Source: the human T2T-CHM13v2.0 reference genome, Homo sapiens
Assembly: GCF_009914755.1 (NCBI RefSeq)
Contig: NC_060934.1
Strand: one strand, 5' to 3'
Length of the DNA stretch: 64,000 nt
The notes under the pieces were generated by a model that worked only from the letters and a program-made list of their open reading frames with translations, had not been told where the DNA came from and did no database searches. The position numbers and the translations under genes were made by a program. The stretch's first letter is position 1, and each line of letters starts with the position of its first letter. Shown here piece by piece: positions 1 through 15,844 of the stretch.

Positions 1-9
1 GACCTCAAA

Positions 10-155
10 GGTATGGAAGAAAATTTTCCAGATAATGGAAATATTCTACATCATGATTGTGCAGGAGATTACATGGGTATATACATTTGCCAAGGCCAGT
101 TAAACTGTACAGTTAAAATGTAAAATCATCTCTCAAAAAAAGTTGATTAAAAATG
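10..155 (+). mobile_element. Old L1M (L1MB/ME-type) 3' UTR fragment
   Basis: ATGGAAATATTCTACATCATGATTGT...TACATGGGTATATACATTTG...AACTGTACAGTTAAAATG resembles the old L1 3' end. Confidence 0.6.
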
Positions 156-165
156 TAAAACCAAT

Positions 166-468
166 GGCCACATGCAATGGCTCACCCCTGTAACCCTAGC
201 ACTTTGGGAGGCCAAGGCACATGGATCTCTTGAGCTCAGGAGTTCAAGACCAGCCTGGACAACATAACGAAAACCCATCTCTTCAAAAAATACAAAAATG
301 AGCTGGGTGTGGTGGCACGTGCCTGTAGTTGCAGCTCCTTGTGGGGCTGAGGAAGGAGGATTGTTTGAGATCAGGAGGTCAAGGCTGCAGTGAGCTGGGA
401 TCGTGCCACTGCACTCAGGCCTGGGAGACAAAGTGAGACCCTGTCTCAAAAAAAAAAAAAAAAAAAAA
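166..468 (+). mobile_element. AluJ, full length
   Basis: Dimeric Alu with J-type features (CTTGAGCTCAGGAGTTCAAG, GGTCAAGGCTGCAGTGAGC) and poly(A); degenerate TSD TAAAACCAAT/TAAGACCAGT. Confidence 0.93.
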
Positions 469-1328
469 TAAGACCAGTAAAGTAAAATATTTAACTTACC
501 AGAGACTCATGGAGGCTTTTTTAATAGTAGAAAAATTAAGAAATTTGATTTGGTTGATAGGGAGGTGAAAGACAGCAAGATAGATTTATTTTGATAGGAG
601 AAACCATTGCCATTCACCTCTAGTAATGGGGACCAGAGAAACTTCAGCGAGAGAATTCTGCAGAAAATTGTCCCTCATTGTAAGGGAGAAAAAGAAATAA
701 AGTCTCTAAAAGTTTACAGTAGATAATCTTACATATTATATGGTCATAAATCCTATAATTCATTTGTAAGAAACTTTAATTTTCTAATGTTTACTGTGCT
801 TCTTAACAAGACCTGCTACTCATAATTCAAAATATTTATAAGTAAGTGCAATGTTTATTTCCATATTTCTCAGAGTAGGCTTTCTATGCACATTAATAAA
901 TGGATATGAGTTGATTAATTGTGTATTTTGCAATGTTCCCAAGAACATTTTTATTTATTTTCCTTTCTACATACCCATTAATTTTAATATTAAAGTAATA
1001 CCTATCTATTCATTTATCCAGGCTTTAGGTAACAGACCCTATATTTCTATATGTCTTTTTTCCCAAAGTTATTTCAAATGCTGTCACTTAGTATATATTT
1101 GTTTAAATATTTATTTGATTATTAAAGAATATGGATGATGGAGGATCTCACTATGATAGCAAAATCATATCATTTGTTTACATATGTAGCATGGAGTAAT
1201 AAGTTTGTGTTATTTGTTATTAGATCTAGATAAATTAGAAGAATGTACTATTATCTTTAACAATACAATTGCTCTGATTAATGTTAACACTCTGCATCAC
1301 TTCATAAAATAAGATGATATTGAAATAT

Positions 1329-1360
1329 TCTTTCTCTCTCTTTCTCTCTCTCTGTCTCTC
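1329..1360 (+). repeat. Imperfect (TC)n microsatellite
   Basis: TCTTTCTCTCTCTTTCTCTCTCTCTGTCTCTC. Confidence 0.8.
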
Positions 1361-1654
1361 CAACCTTATCTTTGTTATTGACTTCATTTTCCTATTTCAC
1401 CAATTTATTCTCTATTTATCCAATGGGAATCACAAACCCAATGTGAATTTTTGTAAATTTTGGCCTTCATTAAATTTTAAGCCTGACTTATAATCTCCAA
1501 CCTGCCAGTCTCTTAAACTTCATTCTATTTATCTTCAAATGTTGCTTAAGAGGCAACTAGTGTTTTATATAAGTTAGAAACTGAAAATCCTTTTGAACTT
1601 CTCCAAATATTTAGTTATCACTCCACTGTTATAACCAAAATCTATTGATATTTG

Positions 1655-2225
1655 TGTAGTAAAGAATTTAAACTTTCCCAAAGAGAGGTCTGATCTTTCC
1701 CCTCAGCTTTTGGGAGATAATCTCTAAGCCTCTGAAATATCCTGCTTGATAACGGAGTCTTTGTTTAGGGTGGGGTCTAACCATGCTATAAAGGATACAA
1801 ATGGGATTTACCTAGAGGCTTTGGGTCATGAGGCATTAGCATCGTCTCTGGAGGAGGTGGAGAATGAAATAAGCCAGATAGGCAGTAAACCTGCCTACCT
1901 AATGAAGCCACTCAATCTCACGTAATCTTCTCTACTTGGCAATATTCCATGTGTATTATCACACATTGTGGCCAGAAGTTAACGTTGTCCATGAGTCCAC
2001 TGGGAGAGAACACCCGGAAGTGCCATGTTTAGAACCCATCTATTTTCTGCCCCATGAGTCTCTTTCCCTGGCTAACTTTAATCCATATTCTTTCCCTGTA
2101 ATAACTATAATCATGAGTATAACAGATTTCAGTGAGTTTTGTGAGTCCTTCTAGTGAGTTATTGAAACCTGAGGATGTTTTAGGAAGCCCCAAACTTACA
2201 GTGTCATGAGTGAAAGATTGTGCTT
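1655..2225 (+). mobile_element. MER21-family LTR (probably MER21C)
   Basis: Starts TGTAGTAAAGAATTTAAACTTTCCCAAAGAGAGGTCTG; contains GAGTATAACAGATTTCAGTGAGTTTTGTGAGTCCTTCTAG typical of the MER21 3' part. Confidence 0.75.
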
Positions 2226-2550
2226 TCTTTAACTTTTGCAATACTCCATGACATTCTTCTCCAATTTCTCTACTCTATTCTATTCATGTGATTACTTGCT
2301 CTCATCATATTACTGATGCATTATTACAACAACTATGCAACCATTCTCTTCTTCCTGAAATCAATTTTTCCCATTTAATATTATTCTAAAATATAAATTT
2401 CTTAATGTCAGCCTTGTCAAAAGTAGGTTGTTCCTCAACATAACATTTAATACCTGCGTAACATGTCCCCTTTCAAGTTTAAAAGCCTCGTGTCCATCAT
2501 ACCCTGCTCTCCATCAACCCTATGATTTGGTCACTAAAATTCCATCATGG

Positions 2551-2953
<403 letters not shown>

Positions 2954-3618
2954 TCAAGGCATTGCCAAAATCTGACTCTGTGGTGCCTTCTTTTGTGGTC
3001 CAAGCAGAATGAATTTGTCTTTGGTTTGTGTTCTTTTAGGATTTTTGGCCTATGTTATTACAGAAAATTCCATGTTTTTCTCTTATTACCCTGTAAATAC
3101 ATGCAATCCAAGAGATATTTTTTTTTGGAGGGCAGAAAAGAAAAGTCTTCAAATGATTGACTTTGAGGACTTTGTACTAACTTCATTCTAAGAGCATAAC
3201 TGTGAGTTGCAAATGCTAATGCCACCTGTCTATGATTTGAGATCAGAATGCTGTCTGTAGAGTGAAGATTCTGCTTTCAGTATCAGAATAGAAAGGTCTA
3301 GGTGTTTGAAAAAGAGGAATGAAGAATTATTTAAAGCAGGAACTTAATCATGTGAGCTTGATTATTTACTAAATGCTTACTCTGTGGCAGGCCCTTTGTT
3401 AAGCTTTTTTTCATGTGTTATATCGATTATGAAATGCGAAAGGCAGAAAAGTACTAAGAGAATAAGTAATGGATAATCTATTTCAACTCAAAATTCTCAA
3501 GCCAGAACTACATCCAGTTGTTTTCTATGCATTTTTGATATTATGTCTAGCATAATAAGCAAGAATGCAAAATAAATAAAATCTCCTTCCTTCAGGGAAC
3601 ATATGATCTAATCAAATA

Positions 3619-3693
3619 TTAGGTTGGTGCAAAAGTAGTTATGGATTTGCCATTTAAATTGCAAAACCCATAATTACTTTTGCACCAACCTAA
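3619..3693. mobile_element. MADE1 (Hsmar1-derived MITE)
   Basis: TIRs TTAGGTTGGTGCAAAAGTA...TACTTTTGCACCAACCTAA flanked by TA target duplication. Confidence 0.93.
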
Positions 3694-6647
3694 TAGAAAA
3701 ATATATGCTATGTGAAGATTATTATAATAAGTAGTAATATAATGTGACAGGCAGAAACATAGAAGACTAATTAGCCCTGTCTAAGGATGTTGAAAAGTTC
3801 TTAGATATGGTTAAATGGAAATTCGGAATTCAACGAACACTGTTTTCCTTTATAATATGGATACTCTAGTCAGAACTTGAAGAGCTAAATGGAATTTTTG
3901 TGTTTAGCATGAAATAATTTTCTACACTTAAACTGGTTAAATATGTTTAGTTAAATTTGTCAGAGACAGAAGCTTTACCAATACTTTATGTTAAGAAAGC
4001 TAGTAGCTCTTTCAACATATTGAACTTTGCTGCAACCATGAATTGTGTTTTCAGTGAGTGACTTGCAAATTATAATCTATTATAGATAAATTAGCATAAT
4101 TTAACATGAATCTATTATTACAGCTTTTGATCTTTGAAATTGTTTTCTCATTTTGGCCATAATCTTTTCAGTTACAGAAATAATATTTTTTCAAGTGTTT
4201 TACTATATATCATTTAAAAATTAGCTTGAGCATCAAAAAGCATATTTACTTCCAAGGACTCATGAATATATATCATAGAAAGATTCTCTGTCTGATTACT
4301 CAAAATTTAAATATGGTATGTGCAAATATAAGCAATCTTCCCTTATGTTTTCCCCATAAGTGTTCTTCCTTCTACCTTAACACCGCCTTCCAATTTTCTT
4401 CAACTGCTTAGGCCAACTGTGTAGTTTTCTGTCTATATTTTGATCTGTGATTTAGGATTTTGTTTGACTCTGTTTATGTCCTCTACCACAAATGTATTTA
4501 TTTTCTGTATAGAATTCTGCTTTATTTGGTCCTTGACCATAATGACAAAGGCACTTTTTATGAAGACCATGATAGAGGTTGGAAAAAATGAAATTATAGG
4601 TGTATATCTTAAGGAAGTGATTGGTTTGTTGCAATATAAGATAATCTGTAGTAGACATTTAATATTATTATTAAAGATTCCCTGAATAGCCCATTTTGGA
4701 AAACAGCACCCAATTCAATTCTTTTATCTATTTTTGTGGGTGTCATAATCTCTTCTTTGTTCTGAGAAGTGCCACTGCATACTCACTCACTATTTCTTGT
4801 CATTTGGCTGACACATTCAGCTGAGCATTGCTAATCTTTTCCCAAGTCATAGAATGGATTTGGGCCAGACTAGGATCAATATCTCTTTTTAAAAAATTGT
4901 GTAAAGGATGCTTTCTGTACTTTAATTTAAGCAAGATTAACACATTTAGAAACAGCTTTATAAAGTTCAGTCTGCATAAGGTTAACAACATTTTCCTTTC
5001 TAGAATTAAAATGCTCACAGTTTATTTATCTTTCAATTAATCAATATAAGCACAAATGGCAAGTATGCATGGACACCGGTTGCTTGATAGCTTTTTTATA
5101 CAAATTTCAAAATCCAATTGACATTTTGCAGTATTTTCCTGTCTTATTTATGGCCCATAATAACCTTTTTCATTTTAGCATTTTGTTTTATTTTTAGAGC
5201 TTTGCTTACATTGTTGGATGGATCTAGTATGGATCATATATCAGCTCTCAAATGGTCAAGAAGACATGATAAACAAAAAGCAAATTTTTTCAATAGCATC
5301 ATATTAGAATGCCTTTGTGATGGAATTTTATATCATGTTGCTTATGGTTGACATCCTTTTTTCCCTTTTCTTCAAAGTGCCATGAGATGAAACTAGTATT
5401 TTCCACATTCAGTTTACTGTGTAATTCATCATATGCATTTAATTTTCATATGAACATGGCATAAGACAACGTCTTTTCCAGGTATGATATGCACTGCACA
5501 GCCTGCATTTAATTTCTTGATAAAAATTGCAAATATCAGCAGATTTAATGTTCATGGGAAAGGATCTAGTCGTGGAATCTTTGTAGCATGCTTTTGTTTT
5601 GGGCCATTAACTGGGGTGACTTCATTTGATTTTATGATTACTTCACTCTGACTTGTAAATGGAAGAAAAACTACAGTCCAAGGAATTAAAATATCTAAAT
5701 TATCACAGATTTTAATTTATATATATTAACTAAAATTATCATTCCATTTTTTTAAATCAGTGTAAATGAATGTTTTATTTAGTATTTTTATTTCATTATA
5801 AATATGATATGTATATATTTTGAAAGATGTTCTATACTAGGCTTTTATTCATATTTGATGTATTATTTGCTATGTTTTTATAAAATGTATTTTAAGAATA
5901 TTTTGCTATATTATAAATATCATATCAATGTTGGCATGTGATAACATTTATTAGCCTAATGCTTGATTAATGAAATTATTTTCACTATCTCAGTTCTGAT
6001 ATTTACATATTTAATTAAGTCGAGGAAGTTAATTAGCCATTCTCAGATTCCCTAAAAGCTAAATATAGATAAACCCTCAGATCCTTATGAGTTAAAACCA
6101 AAACACCTATCATCAATATATAAGCAGAGACACTTAGTAAGTCTAGATTCAAAATGCCTACCTGTATTTGTATGGTTGTGATATCTCCTTTTGCCAGCAA
6201 ATGAATATACTTGAAATCATGCTAAAAGCCAGAAAATTATTAAAATAATAAAGAAGTGACTGTTGCTCACTTAGATAGGTAATATAATATCTATAACACA
6301 GATGAAAATTAAACATTTTTAGATAAAATTTTTGAGTACACATCAGGATACCTATTTACATTAAACTTACATAGAATTTTAAAGAGACATGAATATCTGA
6401 CTTTCTGGATTGCCATCAATATGAGGAAAAGAGGCCTGCTCTTAAACGCAAGACAAATGTACCCTACGATAAACTACCTTTAGGAGTAAGGGAAAAGACT
6501 GAAATTTTATGGAGCTGACACAAGAATCTTAAAATTTTCTGAAATATTTTATCATAGTATGAAGCAGTAAAATCTATTTTATGTTTTAAGATATTACAAT
6601 TACTATTAGAATGAAGTGTTACAAAATGAATAAATATGCACACTTAC

Positions 6648-7054
6648 TGTTATATGCTACATTTTACCTCCCAAAAAATTCATATGGTGAAGTCCTAATT
6701 TCCAGTACCTCAGAATTTGGACTATATTTGCAGACAGGGCCTTTAAAGAGATGACTAAGTTAAAATAAAGTTGTTAGAGTCTCTGATCCAGTTCGACTGG
6801 TGTCCTTACCAGAAGAAATCTGGACACACGGGGAGACACCAGGGATACACACACACAAGGTAGGAAGACCACAGTGAGGACACAGTGAAAGCGTGACCAT
6901 CTGCTAGCCAGAGAGAGGCCTCAGAAGAGACTGAATGTGCCAACACCTTGATGTTGGGCTCTAGTCTCCAAAATGGCATGAGAAAATAAATGTCTATTAT
7001 TTAAGCCATCCAATCTGTGGTAGTTTGTTATGGCCATTCTAGCAAACTAACGTA
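6648..7054 (+). mobile_element. MaLR LTR, MLT1B-like
   Basis: AATTCATATGGTGAAGTCCTAA...GGGCCTTTAAAGAG...GAGGCCTCAGAAG...AATAAATGTCTATTATTTAAGCC...CTAGCAAACTAA. Confidence 0.85.
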
Positions 7055-8195
7055 CTCATATTAAATAAAAATAATGATAATTAAAATAACGTATGGCCAG
7101 TAGATCCTGCTAAAGGAAGCTATGTGACTTGTTTTGGATCATTGCTGTAACAAAAGTTAACAGTTCTGTAGCAGAAGAAAAAAATATTTTGTCTTTTCAT
7201 CTATTCATTTAGATAAAATAATTACCCTGGAATGCAAATGAATATTATACCCTTCTGTGTATGTGCATCCATGTATGTAGACACATATTCATAAACCTTT
7301 ATGAATAGTGTCTTTAGAACAGTTATCATGGCTACTTAAATAACAAAAGTAGGCTACAAATTATTAATTTGCTTTCTTCATTAAAAGTATATGATGAATA
7401 AAATAATATTCTGAGTAATTATAAAATTTTAGTCATGCATATATAAAACTTTGTTTTCAATATCTAATTGTACCATATAAGTGGATATTTTTGTCTATGC
7501 AGAATCCATGCTTTATATAGAGAACAATGGAAAATTGTGCATATGATATATAATTTGATTGTTATTCCTTTCACCATCTAAATTTTTAAAATAGTATATT
7601 TTAACACTGTATGCCATTTTATCATATTTCTGCTTCTTCAAGGCCAGCTTTAAAAAATTCAGTCTTATAAATTTGATGAATTGAGGCAAATTGCTGCTTT
7701 ACCTTTGTTGTTATTTTCAGCTTCAACCTACCTACATTGATAAGGGTCTATCCTCATTCAAATGATTATATTTTAGGTTAATTTTTTTTCTTGTTTGTAA
7801 ATTATACATTAAATAAATTCATCGCACTTATAAGTTTTCCACACAGTCAGTAACATATTTTTCATAAAGGAAAGAATTTTATCAATTCCACATATCAATT
7901 CCACACACTTATATGTCTTAAATAAGACATATAAGTAACTTGCCTCATTTAAGACATATAAGTAACTTGGTTCATGTAGTTCTCTATTCTAATACTATAG
8001 ATCCCTTAGAATTTTGTTACATATTTTATTATTTATAATAGTTACTTCACTGACTTCATAGTGAAGCAAATATATCATTTTGTACCTTTGCAATTTTCTA
8101 CAGATAAGCAACTAGCCCGAAATATTATCTAAAAAGGAATCATTCCTTTGCAAATATTATTTGATTGTTACAGCTATACATTCATGTATAATGTG

Positions 8196-8631
8196 TGATA
8201 TAGTTTGGATATTTGTCCCCTCCAAATCTCATGCTGATGTATGATCACAATGTTGGGGACAGGGCCTAGTGGGAGGTGTTTTGGTCATAGAGTGGTTCCT
8301 TTATGAACAACTTGGTGCATCCTTGCAGTTATGAGTGAGTTCTTACTCTCTTAGTTCTCCGTGAGAACTGATTGTTAAAAAGAGCCTGGCACCTCCCTCT
8401 TTTCTCTCTCTCTCTTGCTTCTGTTTTCTTTTGCCAAGTGATCGCTACACATCGGCTCCTCTTCCCTTCCCCTTCTGCCATGAGGAGGTAGCTTAAGGCC
8501 CTCACCAGATGCAGATGCCCATGACATGTTACTTGAACAGCCTGCAGAATCATGAGCCAAATAAATCTCTTTTCCTTATAAATCACCCAGTCTCAGGTAT
8601 TCCTTTATAGTAATACAAATGGACTAAGACA
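8196..8631 (+). mobile_element. MaLR LTR, MSTB-like
   Basis: TGATATAGTTTGGATATTTGTCCCCTCCAAATCTCATG ... CCAGTCTCAGGTATTCCTTTATAG...GGACTAAGACA. Confidence 0.88.
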
Positions 8632-9139
8632 ACTTGTCAACATAAATTTCTCATGAACTTTCATTAGGTCATGGATGGGAAGCTGTGAATGATAAATGTA
8701 GCAAAAATAATTACCAATTAGTGAATCTCATCTAGTGACATTATTTTAACAATCATATATTATCTAACTTTGTCCTTTGTTTGCAATGTAGTCCAGCAAT
8801 TTATATTTTATTTTCTGTCCATACTTGATTGACTATTGCTTATTAGGGGATGTCTAAAGCAATTGCTATACCTAGACTCCTAGCTGTACAATCTACAGAT
8901 GCTTCATCCGCAATGTTGACTGAAAGATAAAATCTTCTTAACTGCCTCTTCATCTGGATTATTTCTTTATCACTTTCCTAATGATAAAGTGTTAAATTGT
9001 TTACAGGGTTTTTTTCCACATACTATTGCCTGGCACTTTTTCAAACTGCCTGATTCAAATTACCATCCTCCACCATGCCAAATCAAGACATGTGCTAAGT
9101 CCAATCCTCTAACTTCTGTCTAGAATAGAGAATTTGTTT

Positions 9140-10810
9140 TATTTTGTTTTCTATGATTTATGAAAAATATGTGTTGACATCTTTACCTTAAATTGTGGAA
9201 TTGTGAATTTAATTTTCCTATTCTGTCAGTGTTTACTTTAAGTATCTTAAAGCTATTTCTCTGAACATTTTTTATCATGCAGTTCTACTGGGATGAATTC
9301 TTCCAGCTTCTATTTGTATAAAAGGAAGTCTTTATTTTACACTCAATTTGGAAAGATAGTTTTCTATGTATGAGTTTCAAATCTGACTGTTTCTTTCGTT
9401 GCTTTAAAGATTTCATTCCATTTTATTCTGTGTTGCATGGTGTCAGAAAAAAAGTTTGCTGTAATTTGTATTAGTTCTAGTGAATATAATGTGCTGTTAT
9501 TTTATGGCTGCCTTTAAGATTTCTTTATCGTTGTATCAGCGTTTTCACCTCTTTCTCCTCCTCCTTCTTTTTTTAACTTGTTCTAATTAATATTGTTATT
9601 TGTGTGGATGTGGGCTTTTTGGTATGCATCCTAACTGGGGTTGTTTGGTCTACTGAATCTGTGAATTTATAATTTTTATTAAACTTGGAAATCTTTACAG
9701 TTAAAATACATTATTCTTCTATGCTCTACTCCTCGAATTTAGATCACTTGCTTACCCCACAGGCCACTATGAATTGTGTTTTTCATTATTTTCCTTTATG
9801 TACTTAGATTTGGATAATTTATTTCTGTGTTTTCAAGTTCACTGTCCCTTTCTTCAACATCTAAACTGCCATTAGTTCAACACAGTAATTTTTTATTTTG
9901 AATATTGCATGTGTCATCTCTACATTTTTTTATTTAGAATTTTTAAATACCTTGCAATTCTCCCCTCCTTAGGTCTTAGGTCTATGCTTTCCTTTAGCTA
10001 CCTGTGCAAATTTATATTAACATGAGATTTTGTAAATCCATGTTAGTTAATTCATTAATGGTGTTAATTTGTAGGCTGATTTGCATTAAATGATTTTTCT
10101 CTCAATTATAGATCATATATTCCTGTTTTTTGCATGTCTAAAAATTTCTGATTGTATATTTGACACTTTTAGTTTTATCTTGTTAATGCCAGATTTTGCT
10201 GTATTATTAAACAGTTTTAGATTTTTTTCTGGTAGTCAATTGAATATGGTAATGTTTGCTATAAGTTTTCTCAGGCTGTGTCCAGAGTAGCCTATAAAAT
10301 AGAACTATTCTATTTCTAGTACAAAGGGAATGATCTTTCCGTAGTAACCATGAGTGACTTTGTATACTTACTAAGGTCTCTGTACCCTGGATGGTGGGAT
10401 GTCAAACAATTCAAGATACCTACTAATTATATTTTACTTAGCAATTGTTTCTTTGCCAGTCTTCATAGATATTCACCCTATGCATTTGCTGAATGGTACT
10501 ATATCAAATCTAATACCTTAGATTTCTGGCACTCATTTTTTATAGATCTTTTCTGCTACTCTGATCCAAAATTTCTAGCTGCTGTGGGCTACTCAGATTT
10601 TGGCATTCAATTTCTCAACCCAATGAGGCTATACGTTTTTCAGAATCTACTCTTATAAACTGGGATCTGAAATTTATTCCAGGAAGCAAGCTGTGTAGCT
10701 TATCTCATTTGATTTTCCATTCTCAGGAATCACAGACCTGTGCTGTCTATATTTCAATGACTAAAATAAATGTCTTATATTTAGTCCAGTATTCTAGATG
10801 CTTACTTGTT
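9140..10810 (-). mobile_element. Old L1M 5'/ORF1 region, degraded
   Basis: T-rich antisense L1 ORF1-like motifs (ATGAATTCTTCCAGCTT, GTCTTTATTTTAC, GAAAGATAGTTTT, TTCAAGTTCACTG). Confidence 0.55.
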
Positions 10811-11007
10811 ATATAAATTATGCCATCGTTGTAGAAAAGAAAAAATAAAAGGAAGACTCAAAATCTACTGTCAAGTATTTTTTACTGGTCATATAATTTA
10901 TATATAAAATCTATACATTAAAATGTAAGATAAAAATATTTATAATCAGTCAAAAATTATATTTTGTTTAGACAACACTCAAAAAAAGGTTCATGATTTC
11001 GTTCTTC

Positions 11008-11185
11008 CTTTTTTTTTTTTTTTTCTTTTGAGACAAGGTCCTGCTCCATTGCCCAAACTAGAGAGCAAGAGTGCAGTGGTTATGATCCTACCTCACTGTA
11101 GCCTCAAGCTCCTGGGCTTAAGTGATCCTCCTTCCTCAGCGTCCCAAGTAGCTAAGAATACAAGTCCATACACCAACATGCCTGC

Positions 11186-11253
<68 letters not shown>

Positions 11254-11379
11254 TTTTTTTTGTAGAAATGGGATCTCTCTATGTTACCAAGGCTGGCCTT
11301 GACCTCCTAGGCTCAAGCAATCTCCCTGCCTTGCCTCCCAAAGTCCAAGGAATACAGGCATGAATCACTGCCCCCAACT
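11008..11379 (-). mobile_element. AluJ with (TA)n(T)n expansion in the middle linker
   Basis: Poly(T) then GAGACAAGGTC...CTCACTGTAGCCTCAAGCTCCTGGGCTTAAGTGATCC; linker replaced by microsatellite. Confidence 0.9.
11189..11261. repeat. (AT)n followed by poly(T), compound microsatellite
   Basis: Directly visible, about 24 AT units then about 26 T. Confidence 0.95.
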
Positions 11380-11534
11380 CAAGATTTTTTAATGTAACAA
11401 TCTCTATTCTCATATCACTTTCAAAATCAATAGCTAATATTCAAAAATTTTTATTCAAACATAAAATTTTAATCTTATTTATTTCCTTCTTTAAAATACT
11501 AAAAAGAAAAGTAGATTTACAAATGGGAAAAAGG

Positions 11535-14060
<2,526 letters not shown>

Positions 14061-15730
14061 ATATGCAATCCCTATCAAAATCTCAATGATTTTTTTTCTA
14101 AAAGAGACAAAACACATAAAATAAATATAATACTTACACATATAATAAACATAAAATTCATTACATTTAAAAATCCATATAGAATCTCAAGGGTACCCCC
14201 ATGTAGACAAGATAATCTTAAAAAAGAACAAAATTGGAACATACACATTTTCTGATTACAAAATTTACTACAAATCTGCAGTAATAACAACAATATAGTA
14301 GTGGCATAAGGACAGACATATAAATCAATGGAATAGAATAGTCCCAAAATAAACCCTTCCATATATGGTCATATGATTTTTCCTGAGTGTGCTAAGACCA
14401 TTCAATGAGAAAAGGACAGTCTTTTCAAAAACTGGTGCTGAGAACATTGTATATCTACATGCAAAATAATGAAGTTGAACTCTTATATAATATCTTATAC
14501 AAAAATTAACTCAAACTGTACCAAACACTTAGATGTCAGAACTAAAACTATAAAACTCTTATATGTAAATATAGGGCAAAAACTTCCCTATATTGAATTT
14601 GACAATTATTTCTTGAGTACAACATCAGAGGCATAGGCAACAAAGGAAAATAGATAAATTGGATTTCATAAAACTTTAAAAAATTTATGCGTGAAAAGAG
14701 TATCAATGGTGTAAAAGGCAAACCACAGAATGGGAGAAAATATTTGCAAATGATATATCTGATAAGAGATTAATATCCAGAATATATGCAGAGCTCCTAA
14801 AACTCAGCAGCAAATATTAGTCAAATTCTAAAATGGGCAAAAGACTTTAATAGACATTTCTCCAAAGAAAACACACAAATGGCCAATAGACACATGAAAA
14901 AGTGCTCAACATAACTGATCATTAGGGAAAAGGAAGTCAAAACTGCAATGATATATACCACCTCACATCCATTAGAATGGCTACTGTCAAGAAAAGAGGA
15001 AATAAGTACTAGCAGGGATGTGGAGAAGTTAGAACCCTGTGCACTGTAAGTGGAAATGTAAAAGGGTAAATCTACCGTGGAAAACAGTATGGTTGTTTCT
15101 CAAAATATTAAAAATAGAATTACCATACAATCCAGTACTAACACTTCTAGGTATACACCCAAAATAATTGAAAACATGCACGTGAACATATTTGTATATC
15201 CATGTTTATTGCAAAATTCTTCACAATAGCCAAAAACTGGAAGCAACCCAAGTGTCCATCAAGGGATGAATGGATAAGCAATATGTTGAATATACAGATA
15301 ATGGGATATTATTCAGCCCTATAAAGGAAGAAAATTCTAACGCATGCTACAAAATAAATAAAACCTGAAAACATTACACTAAGTGAAAAAATCCAGTCAC
15401 AATAAAACAAATATTGTATGCTTCCATTTATGTGAGGTACCTAGAATCATGAAAATCAGAAACATAAGGTAGAATTGTCATTGCCAAGGGCTGGGTGGAA
15501 GGGTATTGAGGAGTGACTGCTTAATAGGTATTTGAGTTTTACCATATTGAAAGTTATGTCCATGGATGGTAGTGATAGCTGCATAACATTAGGAATGCAT
15601 TTAATACCATTGGACTGTACACCTAAAAATGGTTAAGGTGGCACATTTTGTGTTTATTTTATGTGTAAATATTATGTTTATTTTACGTTTTACCAGAATA
15701 AAAACAAATGAGAAAAAAAGCAATAAAGAA
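14061..15730 (+). mobile_element. L1MB ORF2 3' part and 3' UTR
   Basis: ATGCAATCCCTATCAAAAT, CAATGGAATAGAATAG, GAAGCAACCCAAGTGTCCATC, CTGTACACCTAAAAATGGTTAAG, A-rich end. Confidence 0.85.
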
Positions 15731-15844
15731 TGTACAAACATATAATTCCAAAGTCTAGAAATAAATAATTACTAACATCATCTATTAAGTCAAATAAAGG
15801 TATTTTTCTTCAAAATTTTTAAGTGCTAGTAATTTTTTTTGTTA

